A stretch of DNA of 64,000 bases from an uncultured Gammaproteobacteria bacterium (GTDB taxonomy: Bacteria > Patescibacteriota > Patescibacteriia > UBA2591 > UBA6264). A program made the translations under genes and the position numbers. Shown here piece after piece: positions 1-9,677 of the stretch (positions within the stretch are counted from its first letter, which is position 1; each line of letters starts with the position of its first letter). The DNA is taken from assembly GCA_964596735.1 (NCBI GenBank), contig CAZQVF010000001.1, forward strand, positions 9,924-73,923, written 5' to 3'. The notes under the pieces were generated by a model, which did no database searches, was not told the DNA's origin, and saw only the letters and a list, made by a program, of their open reading frames with translations.

Positions 1-1995
1 GGAGATTTTGACGGAGACAATGATTATATAAATGTTTCAAATAATGTAACCTTAGACCCTGGGTCAGGGAGTTATACTGGTATGGCTTGGATTAAAACAT
101 CAATTAGCACCGGCAATGCATATATATTTGGCTATTATGAAGGAGGAGAAACAGATCGCGTAGAGTTTAGAGTCCAAGACGGAAAAATACGCATCCTTAT
201 AAATGATAATGGTAATGTGATTTATAGAGATTCTCTTGCTTCGGTTGGTAATGGTTTATGGCATCATGTTGCTTTTGTTTGGAATACAGCCACTAACACT
301 CTTGATGTTTATGTTGATGGAAGTGCTTCAAACGGCAGTTTAACCGGCACCCCATCTAATATTGGCACAATTGACCCGGCTGGAGATTTGTCTATTGGAA
401 GGAGAAATAATAATGAGAGTTATTTTAATGGTTTTATGGATAATGTAGCAATTTATGACCGGGCTTTGCCGTCAACAGAAATCCAAGAAGCTTATAACAA
501 GAGCACACCTGCTTGTGTGGGCTGGGAAGATCATGATCATGATTATGATGACCCTCCTGAGCCCTTGGACTTTAATAGTTTAGCAGTGAATAATCCTGAT
601 AATTGTGAGCAATTATTAGTTTATTGGGATCCATCGGAGTGGGCTGAAGATTATACTTATTGGCGAGATCAACAAGACGGTATTGATCTCTGTGGCGTCT
701 GCACTTCTGAATCTACTTGTGAAACAAATGGTTATACAGAATATAATGTCTTGGCCGGCTCTTGCACAGAATCAGAATGTTCATTATCAGACACAGGTTT
801 ATCTTCTAACACAGGCTATTGTTATAACATCACTGCTTATAATGAAACTGGTTCAACCTGGGCAACTGATACCCCGCCAACTTATCCAGCCCCTTATTGG
901 AGAAGTACAACTCTTTGCGCGCCTGAAAATTTAGCTAGTGACGCAGATACCTGTGGACAAGTTACTCTTACCTGGGACAAAGGAACTAGTGTAGACGGGT
1001 ATAATATTTATCGTTCTTTAGCAACAGGTGATTGTGATAATCTATATAACAGTGGCTGTGAATTAACCGGACATTTAGCCGAGGCATTGGATTACGACGT
1101 TGATAATGACGACACTAATGACTTGATTGCTCAATGGAAAATGAATGAATCAAGCTGGAATGGAACAAATAAGGAGGTTAAAGATTCTTCAGCTCAGACA
1201 CCACTTAATCATGGAACAGCGGATTGTCATGGAACATGTTCAGTCCCAACTACTACGACTGGCATTTTTGATAAAGCAGGCAGTTTTGATGGAGTTGATG
1301 ATTATGTAGATTTAAACAAGTCTATAGCATTTGGTACTGGTGATTTTACTATCGAAGGCTGGGTATATGCTTCTTCGTCTGAAACAGGGTATGGAATGTT
1401 AATAGGTGATTATAGTACAGGGAAGTTAAATTTTTATGCTAGTAATTCAATATCTAATTCTCCAAGAGTAGAGTTAACTGCTTGTGATTCTTCACATTAT
1501 TTATATGGTGGTATGGACATACGTGATGCTTGGCACCATATAGCCCTGACCAGGGCTAGTGGGACTATTAAGCTTTGGGTTGATGGAGCGGTTAAAGACA
1601 CTGATACTTGTGCCGGAGACACTTATATGAATAATCCAAGAATAGGTTCAGCAACGCATGTAACCACAGAAGTATTTAATGGTTTGATTGATAATGTGGT
1701 TATTTATGATGTGGCAAAAACAGCCGAACAAATTAGAATTGATTATGAATCAGGCATAAATTCTAATTGTGAATCTGGCCAATGCGGACTAGCTTATGTC
1801 TGTGATGGGGCTTCATCCACTGATAAATGCGGAGCCAATAATACTTGTTGTTATACTGATTCTCGAATTATCCCATATGTTAATTATTATTATCGAGTAA
1901 CTGCTACAGGAGAAACAGGAGAGACCCCTTCTTCAACTGAAATTGGTCCAGCTCAAACAATTTGTTTCCCTGCTCCAGCCGAAGAAGAAGAGTAA
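1..1995 (+). CDS. LamG/concanavalin A-like and fibronectin type III domain surface protein, Cys-rich (5' truncated by window)
   Basis: Frame is open from base 1. Two LamG-like blocks (WHHVAFVW...YVDG...FNGFMDNVAIYDRAL; WHHIALTR...FNGLIDNVVIYD) and FN3-like YNIYRS/YYYRVTA motifs. Confidence 0.8.
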   Translation, partial: GDFDGDNDYINVSNNVTLDPGSGSYTGMAWIKTSISTGNAYIFGYYEGGETDRVEFRVQDGKIRILINDNGNVIYRDSLASVGNGLWHHVAFVWNTATNTLDVYVDGSASNGSLTGTPSNIGTIDPAGDLSIGRRNNNESYFNGFMDNVAIYDRALPSTEIQEAYNKSTPACVGWEDHDHDYDDPPEPLDFNSLAVNNPDNCEQLLVYWDPSEWAEDYTYWRDQQDGIDLCGVCTSESTCETNGYTEYNVLAGSCTESECSLSDTGLSSNTGYCYNITAYNETGSTWATDTPPTYPAPYWRSTTLCAPENLASDADTCGQVTLTWDKGTSVDGYNIYRSLATGDCDNLYNSGCELTGHLAEALDYDVDNDDTNDLIAQWKMNESSWNGTNKEVKDSSAQTPLNHGTADCHGTCSVPTTTTGIFDKAGSFDGVDDYVDLNKSIAFGTGDFTIEGWVYASSSETGYGMLIGDYSTGKLNFYASNSISNSPRVELTACDSSHYLYGGMDIRDAWHHIALTRASGTIKLWVDGAVKDTDTCAGDTYMNNPRIGSATHVTTEVFNGLIDNVVIYDVAKTAEQIRIDYESGINSNCESGQCGLAYVCDGASSTDKCGANNTCCYTDSRIIPYVNYYYRVTATGETGETPSSTEIGPAQTICFPAPAEEEE

Positions 1996-1996
1996 T

Positions 1997-4003
1997 ATGA
2001 ATAAAAATGAGGCAAAAAAAAGAATCGCCAGGCTTAGAAAAGAACTGGATCATCATCGTTATCTCTATCATGTTTTAGATAAACAAGAAATCTCTGATGG
2101 TGCTTGGGATTCTTTAAAACATGAATTATATAATTTAGAAAAAAAATATCCAGAACTTATTACTCCGGATTCGCCAACGCAAAGAGTAGGGGGAGATCCT
2201 TTAAAAAAATTTGTTAAAATACGGCATCCTCAACCAATGCTTTCTATTGAGGATGTTTTTAATTTCCAAGAATTACAAGACTGGGAAGATTATATGATAG
2301 ATTTTTTAAAAAAAAGATCTCATTTAAAATCAAAAAACAGTTTTTCATATTTTTGTGAACGTAAAATTGATGGAGTTAATATTGTTTTAACCTATAAAAA
2401 GGGAATATTAGTTACTGGGGTTACTCGAGGCAATGGTATAGTTGGAGAAGACGTTACTCAAAACATTAAGACGATTGAGGCTATTCCTTTACATCTAGAA
2501 AGACCAATTGATATTGTGGTTCGGGGAGAAATATTTATGCACCAAAAAGACTTTAAAAAACTTAATCAACAAAGAGAAAAACAAGGTTTACCAATTTATG
2601 CCAACCCAAGAAATGTGGCCGCTGGTTCTATTCGTCAGCTTGATTCAAAAATAACAGTTAAGAGGGTTCTTGATTGTTATGTTTTTGAGATTATTACTGA
2701 TTTGGGACAAAAAACACATGGACAGACTCATCAAATATTAAAACAACTTGGTTTTAAAACAGATCATCAGACAAGAATGTGTTCTAATTTAGAAGATGTT
2801 AAAAAATATTATAAAACTTATTTAACAAAGAGATTAAAAAATTCTTTTGACTATGATGGCGTGGTGGTTGTTTTAAATGAGATTTATTTAGAAAGGATTT
2901 TAAAGGCAGTGGGAAAGTCACCACGTTGGATGCGCGCCTATAAGTTTCCTGGTGAGCAAGCCACCACCATAGTTAAAGATATTGTGGTTCAAATTGGGCG
3001 AACCAGTGCTTTAACTCCAGTGGCTCAATTAAAACCAGTCCAGATAATGGGCAGTGTTGTTTCTAGGGCTACTTTGCATAATCAAGATGAAATAGACCGT
3101 TTAGATGTGAGAATTGGAGACACTGTTATTATTGAAAAAGCTGGTGACATTATTCCAGCCGTGGTCAGGGTTTTAAAAAATTTAAGAACAGGAAAAGCAA
3201 AGAGATTTCAAATGCCAAAACAATGTCCATTTTGTCGAGGCAAGATTAAACGAAGACCAAACAAAGTGGCTCATTATTGTTTAAATAAAAAATGTTTTGC
3301 CGCTCAGGAACAAAAAATTCGTCATTTTGTAGGTAAAAAAGGTTTTGACATTGAGGGCGTGGGCATAAAAATAGCTAAACAATTAATGGGACAAGGGTTA
3401 ATTAAAGACGCGGCAGATATCTTTACTCTTACTAGAGGAGACTTAGAGCCATTAGAGAGATTTGCTCAAAAATCAGCTGACAATTTAATTAAAGCCATAG
3501 CCCAAAGCAAAAAAATTGACTTGCCTCATTTTATTCAGGCCCTGGGCATTCGTCATATTGGAGAACAAACTGCTTTTGATTTAGCCCAACATTTTATTGA
3601 ATTAAAAAAAATAAAACAGACTAATAAAGAAATCTTAATGAGTTTGCCTGACTTGGGGCCAATTGCCAGTCAAAGTATTATTGATTGGTTTAAAGATGAA
3701 AATAATAAAAGTTTTTTGCAAAGATTAAAAAAAGCAGATGTTAAAATTAAAAGATTTTCTTCACCAATAAAAAAACAAACTTTAAAAAGTAAAAATTTTG
3801 TCATTACTGGCGTTTTAAAATCAATGTCACGAGAAAGAGCGAAAGAAAAGTTAAAAGCATTAGGAGGTAAAACACCGGTTCAAATTAGCAAAAAGACAGA
3901 CTTTCTTGTTTCTGGACAAAATCCTGGATCAAAGTATGATAAAGCCAAGCAATGGAAAATTAAAATAATTAATGAACAGGAATTTTTAAAAATGTTAAAG
4001 TGA
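1997..4003 (+). CDS. ligA: NAD-dependent DNA ligase
   Basis: KIDG adenylation motif, TRGNG..GEDVT, ANPRNVAAGSIRQLD, Cys4 zinc finger, C-terminal BRCT. ATG at 1997 chosen (1 nt after upstream stop). Confidence 0.98.
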   Translation: MNKNEAKKRIARLRKELDHHRYLYHVLDKQEISDGAWDSLKHELYNLEKKYPELITPDSPTQRVGGDPLKKFVKIRHPQPMLSIEDVFNFQELQDWEDYMIDFLKKRSHLKSKNSFSYFCERKIDGVNIVLTYKKGILVTGVTRGNGIVGEDVTQNIKTIEAIPLHLERPIDIVVRGEIFMHQKDFKKLNQQREKQGLPIYANPRNVAAGSIRQLDSKITVKRVLDCYVFEIITDLGQKTHGQTHQILKQLGFKTDHQTRMCSNLEDVKKYYKTYLTKRLKNSFDYDGVVVVLNEIYLERILKAVGKSPRWMRAYKFPGEQATTIVKDIVVQIGRTSALTPVAQLKPVQIMGSVVSRATLHNQDEIDRLDVRIGDTVIIEKAGDIIPAVVRVLKNLRTGKAKRFQMPKQCPFCRGKIKRRPNKVAHYCLNKKCFAAQEQKIRHFVGKKGFDIEGVGIKIAKQLMGQGLIKDAADIFTLTRGDLEPLERFAQKSADNLIKAIAQSKKIDLPHFIQALGIRHIGEQTAFDLAQHFIELKKIKQTNKEILMSLPDLGPIASQSIIDWFKDENNKSFLQRLKKADVKIKRFSSPIKKQTLKSKNFVITGVLKSMSRERAKEKLKALGGKTPVQISKKTDFLVSGQNPGSKYDKAKQWKIKIINEQEFLKMLK

Positions 4004-4007
4004 AAAT

Positions 4008-4307
4008 ATGATTAGCAAAAACCAAGTTAAACATATTGCTAAGCTAACTCGCTTAAAATTAAGCGAAGAAGAAGTAAGTAAATACCAAAAAGAATTGGCC
4101 AAGATTTTGGATTACGTTGGTCAATTACAAGAAATAGATACAAAAGATATTCCCCCATGTTCAGGGGGAACAGATTTAAAAAATGTTTTTCGTAAAGATG
4201 AATCAGAAATAAAAGTTAAGGAAAAGAGCCAAAAATTGGTAGACCAAGCCCCATCAAAGCAAAAAGATTTAATTAAAACCAAGGGAGTTTTTTATGAAAC
4301 TAAATAA
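4008..4307 (+). CDS. gatC: Asp/Glu-tRNA amidotransferase subunit C
   Basis: V.HIA.L.RL.L.EEE...IL.YV.QL pattern; overlaps gatA start. Confidence 0.95.
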   Translation: MISKNQVKHIAKLTRLKLSEEEVSKYQKELAKILDYVGQLQEIDTKDIPPCSGGTDLKNVFRKDESEIKVKEKSQKLVDQAPSKQKDLIKTKGVFYETK

Positions 4308-5727
4308 GTTAACCATTGGAGAAGCTCATCATGGGTTAAAGAAAAAAGAATTTTCTGTTAAAGAACTAACAAAAGACTGTTTAAATGAAATAAAAAAACA
4401 GGACAACAAGATCAATTCTTTTATTACTGTTTTTGAAAAACAAGCATTTAAACAAGCCGAAGAAACTGATCAGCGTATCAAGGTTCAGGGGGTGGAGAAT
4501 TTTCTTACCGGCATTCCTTTGGGGATAAAAGATAATATTTTAATTAAAGATACAGTTTGTACTGGTGGTTCTCAGATTTTAAAAAATTATCAGGCTAGTT
4601 ATGACGCAACAGTTATTAAAAAGTTAAAACAACAAGGAGTCATCTTTCTGGGCAAAACTAATTTAGATGAATTTGCCATGGGGGGTTCGACTGAGAATTC
4701 TGGCTTTGGTCCGACAAAAAATCCTTATAATCTAGAACATGTCCCCGGTGGATCTTCAGGGGGCTCAGCCGCCGCCCTGGCCAGTCAAATGTGTTTAGGA
4801 GCTTTAGGATCTGATACTGGAGGATCTATTCGTCAACCAGCTAGTTTTTGTGGCGTTGTTGGAGTTAAACCAAGTTATGGACGTGTTTCCCGTTATGGAT
4901 TAATGGCCATGGCTTCTTCTCTGGATCAAATTGGTTCTTTAGGTTCTTGCGTTGATGACGCCGCTATTTTATTACAGGCAATCGAAGGGAAAGACAGTTT
5001 AGACCCAACAAGCAAAAAAGCAGACTTTCCTATTAAAACACCAGAATTAAAAAGTTTAAAGAATTTTAAAATAGGTTTACCTAAAGAATATTTTGTTCAA
5101 GGACTTGATTTAGAGATAAAAGATTTAATTGATAAAGTAATTAAAAAATTAAAAGGTCAAGGGGCAGAAATTCTTGAGGTAAGTCTGCCGCACACAAAAC
5201 ACGCTTTGGCCTGTTATTATATTATTATGCCGGCAGAGGTCTCGGCCAATTTAGCCCGTTATGACGGGATTAAATATGGCCTTTCATCAGATCAGGGAAA
5301 AAATCTTTTAGATGTTTATTTAAACTCTCGCCGACAAGGGTTTGGTGAGGAAGCTCAAAGACGGATTATGTTAGGGGCCTATACTTTATCAGCTGGCTAT
5401 TATGACGCTTATTATTTACAAGCCCAAAAAGTAAGGACCTTAATTAAACAAGATTTTGAAAAGGTTTGGCAGAAAAACATTGATTGCTTGTTAACTCCAA
5501 CCACTCCAACACCAGCTTGGAAAATAGGGGAAAAAATTAATGATCCCTTAAGCATGTATTTAGCCGATGTTTATACTGTTTCGGTTAATTTAGCTGGTTT
5601 GCCGGGAATTTCTTTACCGGCTGGCAAGGTAAATGGCTTACCAGTTGGGTGCCAATTAATTGGTAATCATTTTCAAGAAAACAAGCTTTTACAAGTGGCT
5701 AAAATAGTTGAGAGCGTTAAATCTTAG
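4294..5727 (+). CDS. gatA: Asp/Glu-tRNA amidotransferase subunit A
   Basis: Amidase signature GKTNLDEFAMG, PGGSSGGSAA, GSDTGGSIRQPA; RRIMLG..LSAGYYDAYY. Confidence 0.98.
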   Translation: MKLNKLTIGEAHHGLKKKEFSVKELTKDCLNEIKKQDNKINSFITVFEKQAFKQAEETDQRIKVQGVENFLTGIPLGIKDNILIKDTVCTGGSQILKNYQASYDATVIKKLKQQGVIFLGKTNLDEFAMGGSTENSGFGPTKNPYNLEHVPGGSSGGSAAALASQMCLGALGSDTGGSIRQPASFCGVVGVKPSYGRVSRYGLMAMASSLDQIGSLGSCVDDAAILLQAIEGKDSLDPTSKKADFPIKTPELKSLKNFKIGLPKEYFVQGLDLEIKDLIDKVIKKLKGQGAEILEVSLPHTKHALACYYIIMPAEVSANLARYDGIKYGLSSDQGKNLLDVYLNSRRQGFGEEAQRRIMLGAYTLSAGYYDAYYLQAQKVRTLIKQDFEKVWQKNIDCLLTPTTPTPAWKIGEKINDPLSMYLADVYTVSVNLAGLPGISLPAGKVNGLPVGCQLIGNHFQENKLLQVAKIVESVKS

Positions 5728-5735
5728 TATTTATA

Positions 5736-5763
5736 TTGACAAAAAAAATAAAAGAATTATAAT
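5736..5763 (+). promoter_or_regulatory. sigma70 promoter upstream of Fic gene
   Basis: TTGACA (5736-5741), 16 nt spacer, TATAAT (5758-5763). Confidence 0.7.
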
Positions 5764-5773
5764 AAAAAGCGGT

Positions 5774-5887
5774 TTTTGTCGGCCTAACTAAGAATGGCTA
5801 AAAACCGCTTAAATTATACAAAAAAAGATAACATTAGATTGCTTAGTGGTTATAAAAGACAGAAATGTTGAATTTTGTCGGCCTAAC
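5774..5887 (+). repeat. 15-bp direct repeat TTTTGTCGGCCTAAC x2, each within an inverted repeat
   Basis: Copies at 5774-5788 and 5873-5887, flanked by AAGCGGTTTTT/AAAAACCGCTT and TTATAAAAG/CTTTTATAA respectively. Confidence 0.8.
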
Positions 5888-5927
5888 GCTTTTATAATTA
5901 AATTACTTTATTATTTATATGATGAAA

Positions 5928-5961
5928 TTTAATTTCAAGGTTCTGCGAAGCAGGTTCTTAT
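5928..5961 (-). repeat. Dispersed GAACC-hairpin repeat, copy 1
   Basis: Reverse complement reads ATAAGAACCTGCTTCGCAGAACCTTGAAATTAAA. Confidence 0.9.
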
Positions 5962-5992
5962 AAATGAATTTCGTGATTAAAATAAATTTTTT

Positions 5993-7021
5993 ATGAAATA
6001 CATTAAAGAAAAAATAATTAAAAATAAAAAATATTATTATTTTAATTACACCCTTTCTCAGGTTTCAAACAAAAAAAAGATTTATTTGTCTAAATATATT
6101 GGTACGGAAATTCCCAACAATATTAAGGAGTTAATGTTAGGTTTTTTTCAAGAGAATGTTGCCCAAGTTTCATTAGAACGAATTAGTCGGTTAATTAGAA
6201 ATTATTTTCCTCAAAACACCATTGCGTATATTGAAAGAAATCGTTTTTGGTATACGTGTTTATTTCATAAATTTTTTAATAAAGATTTTAAATTATTTAG
6301 AACCCTATTTTATATATTGTTTGTTTTAAATTCTAATCGGGCTGAAGGTTCAAGGGTTGTCAGGCCCGATATAGAAAAGATTTTGGAAAAGAGAAGGGTT
6401 AAACCAAAGACTAATATAGACAAAGAAATTATTAATTCTGTTGAAGCTATAAATTTTGCTTTTTCAAAAAAAATGCAATGGAATATCAAGTCAGTTAAAA
6501 CAATTCATTATAAACTTTTTTATAACATAGCTCCAAATGCTGCGGGGCAATATAAAAAAGAACCAAATATTGCAGGGGACAATATTAGGGGGGAACTTGT
6601 TTCAACAACATTCCCTGAAGATGTCTCTAAAGAAATGAGAAATTTAATAAACTGGCTTAATCAAGAAAGAAGAAAGAAAACATACCCTCCTATTTTAGCC
6701 CTGGAATTTCACTGGCGTTTTGAAGCAATTCATCCTTTTCAGGACGGGAATGGAAGGGTGGGTAGAATTTTACTAAACGCTTTACTGGTAGAAAATAATT
6801 TTATGCCAGTAATATTTTTTAGCAAAAATCATCAATCTTATTGTTCAGCAATTTCTAAAGCTCGAACTGGTTACAGTAAAAAATTAGCTCAGCATTTTGT
6901 TGAACATTTAAAAAAGACAAAGATAAATATAGAAAAATACAGAAAGGAAAAGGTAATTAAAATAGCATCTCCTCAGACTGAAAAATGGGAAAAGGCCAGA
7001 GTAAATATAAAATTATATTAG
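5993..7021 (+). CDS. Fic family protein (class II-like, N-terminal inhibitory motif)
   Basis: Canonical HPFQDGNGRVGR Fic motif; SNRAEG matches (S/T)xxxE(G/N). Confidence 0.93.
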   Translation: MKYIKEKIIKNKKYYYFNYTLSQVSNKKKIYLSKYIGTEIPNNIKELMLGFFQENVAQVSLERISRLIRNYFPQNTIAYIERNRFWYTCLFHKFFNKDFKLFRTLFYILFVLNSNRAEGSRVVRPDIEKILEKRRVKPKTNIDKEIINSVEAINFAFSKKMQWNIKSVKTIHYKLFYNIAPNAAGQYKKEPNIAGDNIRGELVSTTFPEDVSKEMRNLINWLNQERRKKTYPPILALEFHWRFEAIHPFQDGNGRVGRILLNALLVENNFMPVIFFSKNHQSYCSAISKARTGYSKKLAQHFVEHLKKTKINIEKYRKEKVIKIASPQTEKWEKARVNIKLY

Positions 7022-7084
7022 GACTTGACCAAAATTAAAAACAATGTTAACTTAAATTAACTTTAATCAATTAATTTATTTTTT

Positions 7085-8092
7085 ATGGAAAAAACAGGTT
7101 TAACTCTTTGGAAAGCAATTGCTGGCATTCTACTGGTTATTTTAATTGCTTCGGTTTTGACCAATGGATTTGGCTTAAAACAAGTTTTAGTCAAAGTTCC
7201 TTCAGAGGAATTAGGTAATAAAACAATAGATTTTATTAATGAAAGCCTTCTTCAGCCAGGCACAACCGCCTCTTTGGCTAAGGCCGATTGTGAAGAAAGG
7301 CCAGGCCTTTGCAAATTAACAGTGAATATTGGTGATAATAGTTTTGATTCTTATATTTCAACAGATGGACAGCTTTTATTTCCAGAAGCAATTGAAATGG
7401 AAAAAGCAGAAGAATCAAACAATCAGGCGGCAACGGATCAACAAGTAGGTCAGTCAGCCTCTTTGGAAAATCTTCCCAAACAAGAGAAAGCAGACGTGAA
7501 GCTATTTATCATGTCTTATTGTCCATATGGTTTGCAAGCTCAAAAAGCCTTATTGCCCGCCTTTGATCTGTTAAAGGACCAAGCAGATATAAAAGTTCAC
7601 TTTGTTAATTATATTATGCATGACAAACAAGAAATTGATGAAAACTTAAGACAATATTGTATTCAAGAACAAGAACCAGAAAAGTTTATACCATATCTTG
7701 GTTGTTTTGTTGAAGCAGGGGATTTTGAAAAATGTTTAAGTCAGGTCAATATTAATAAATCAAACTTAAACACTTGTCTAGCTCAAACAGATGAAGAATA
7801 TGGACTTTATGCCGCCTACGAAGACAAAGAATCTTGGCTTAGCGGATTATATCCAGTCTTTAAGATTGATGATGAACTTAACAAACAATATGGTGTTCAA
7901 GGATCTCCGACCCTGGTTATTAATGACCAGGTGGTTCAACCAAATAGATCCCCAGAAGCTTATAAACAAGCGATTTGCCTGGGCTTTGAAACAATGCCTG
8001 ATCAATGCGCTCAAACATTGTCTAGTAAATCTCCCACACCAGGGCTTGGACTTGGAGAAACAGACTCTACGAGTGATGCCCAGTGTGAATAA
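7085..8092 (+). CDS. Membrane-anchored thioredoxin-fold/DsbA-like protein
   Basis: N-terminal TM helix; MSYCPYG; YGVQGSPTLVIN cis-Pro loop. Confidence 0.7.
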   Translation: MEKTGLTLWKAIAGILLVILIASVLTNGFGLKQVLVKVPSEELGNKTIDFINESLLQPGTTASLAKADCEERPGLCKLTVNIGDNSFDSYISTDGQLLFPEAIEMEKAEESNNQAATDQQVGQSASLENLPKQEKADVKLFIMSYCPYGLQAQKALLPAFDLLKDQADIKVHFVNYIMHDKQEIDENLRQYCIQEQEPEKFIPYLGCFVEAGDFEKCLSQVNINKSNLNTCLAQTDEEYGLYAAYEDKESWLSGLYPVFKIDDELNKQYGVQGSPTLVINDQVVQPNRSPEAYKQAICLGFETMPDQCAQTLSSKSPTPGLGLGETDSTSDAQCE

Positions 8093-8118
8093 AGTATAGT
8101 GCTTTAAAACAATAATTT

Positions 8119-8946
8119 ATGTTTAATCTATTTTTTGATTTTTTACATAATTTTGAGCCCCAACCAATTATTTTACGGTTGGGGTTTTTAAATATTTATT
8201 GGTACAGTTGTCTAATTGTTATTGCTCTTTTATTGGGTTTAATTCTTGTTTTTAAATTAAGTTCAAGATTTAAAATTGAAAAACAATTATTAGAAAACTT
8301 GTTTTTTTATTTAATTATTAGTGGTTTTTTAGGCGCTCGTCTTTACCATGTTTTAAGTGAATTTCCCTATTATCTAAGGCATCCTTGGCAGGTATTTGCG
8401 GTCTGGCAAGGGGGGCTGGGTATTTACGGAGCAGTTGTTGTTGGCAGCCTGGTTTTGCTTTGGTTTTGTAGAAAATACAAATTAAATTTTTTATCTTTAG
8501 CTGACTTATTAGCCCCTAGCTTAATATTGGGACAAGCCATTGGCCGTTGGGGAAATTATTTTAATCAAGAAGTCTTTGGAAAGCCAACCAGTCTGCCCTG
8601 GGGGATTCCTATTGAAACAATGGCCAGGCCTTTAGAATTTTTATCAAGTCAATATTTTCACCCTACTTTTTTATACGAATCAATTTGGAATTTTTTAGTA
8701 TTTTTAATTCTAATTTTTGTTTTAATAAAGATTTTTCCTAAGCCAGGCCGAATTTTTTCTCTTTATTTAATTCTTTATTCTTTTGGCAGGTTCTTTTTAG
8801 AGTTTTTAAGAATTGATTCTCAGCCAGTTTTATTTGATTTGCGTTTAGCTCAGATTATTTCTTTGTTGGTTTTTATTTTTGGTTTTTATTTATTAATAAA
8901 AAAGAGCCCCTGGAAAGACTCATCCGAATCTGAAAAAGATATTTAA
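8119..8946 (+). CDS. lgt: Prolipoprotein diacylglyceryl transferase
   Basis: GARLYHV, WQGGLGIYG, GRWGNYFNQE, HPTFLYE, RFFLEFLR motifs. Confidence 0.96.
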   Translation: MFNLFFDFLHNFEPQPIILRLGFLNIYWYSCLIVIALLLGLILVFKLSSRFKIEKQLLENLFFYLIISGFLGARLYHVLSEFPYYLRHPWQVFAVWQGGLGIYGAVVVGSLVLLWFCRKYKLNFLSLADLLAPSLILGQAIGRWGNYFNQEVFGKPTSLPWGIPIETMARPLEFLSSQYFHPTFLYESIWNFLVFLILIFVLIKIFPKPGRIFSLYLILYSFGRFFLEFLRIDSQPVLFDLRLAQIISLLVFIFGFYLLIKKSPWKDSSESEKDI

Positions 8947-9596
8947 CCCTGGGCCAAAACAATGGCCCAGATTTTTTTTGCCCCGGCTTGATACAGGGCT
9001 TTAGCGGCTTGTTCTAATGTGGCCCCAGTAGTTAAAATATCATCAATTAAAATAATATTTGGGACAATTTTTCCCTGAACCTTAAAAACGTTTTGCACAT
9101 TTAATTTTCTTTGTTCTCGACTAAGATTAGTTTGAGAAGGAGTATCCTTTACTTTTTTCAAGGATTTTTTTAAAGGCCAATTAAAAACAGTGGCTAATTC
9201 CTGAGCAATTAGATCGGCTTGATTAAAGCCTCGTTTGGCCAGTTTCTGCCTAAACAGAGGAATGGGAACTAAAATAAACCTGTTTTTAGATAAATAATTT
9301 AAAGCCAAAGGAGATTGTTTTAAGCATTTTATAAAAAGAGGGGAAAGGCTTTTTAAAACATTGAGATTATAAGGAGAATATTTAAAAGATTTGATGGCTT
9401 TCTTTAATAAAGGTTGTTGATAGTCAAAAATAGTAACAATCCTTTCAAGAGAATAAAGATTAGCCTCCCATTTGTTTAAGATAATAACTTTATCTAAACA
9501 TTTTTGGCAAACAATCTCGCCAATCTGACGGCAGCCAAGACATTCAATCGGAAACAGGGTGTTTAAAATTAAGTTCTTTAATTTATTTATCCACAT
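8943..9596 (-). CDS. comF: ComF family competence protein (zinc finger + PRTase)
   Basis: LFPIECLGC...CQKC, RGFNQA, LIDDILTTGATL. Confidence 0.93.
   Translation of the reverse strand: MWINKLKNLILNTLFPIECLGCRQIGEIVCQKCLDKVIILNKWEANLYSLERIVTIFDYQQPLLKKAIKSFKYSPYNLNVLKSLSPLFIKCLKQSPLALNYLSKNRFILVPIPLFRQKLAKRGFNQADLIAQELATVFNWPLKKSLKKVKDTPSQTNLSREQRKLNVQNVFKVQGKIVPNIILIDDILTTGATLEQAAKALYQAGAKKIWAIVLAQG
9587..9595 (+). promoter_or_regulatory. DnaA box
   Basis: Perfect TTATCCACA at the comF start / divergent promoter region. Confidence 0.45.
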
Positions 9597-9616
9597 ACTT
9601 GTTGAAAATAGTATTA

Positions 9617-9642
9617 TATTGTATAATATTATTGTATAATAT
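9617..9642 (+). repeat. 13-bp tandem duplication TATTGTATAATAT x2 in comF/pilM divergent promoter
   Basis: Copies 9617-9629 and 9630-9642, each containing TATAAT. Confidence 0.75.
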
Positions 9643-9677
9643 TGGTATTAATAAAACAAATTAAGTATCAACTTAAT

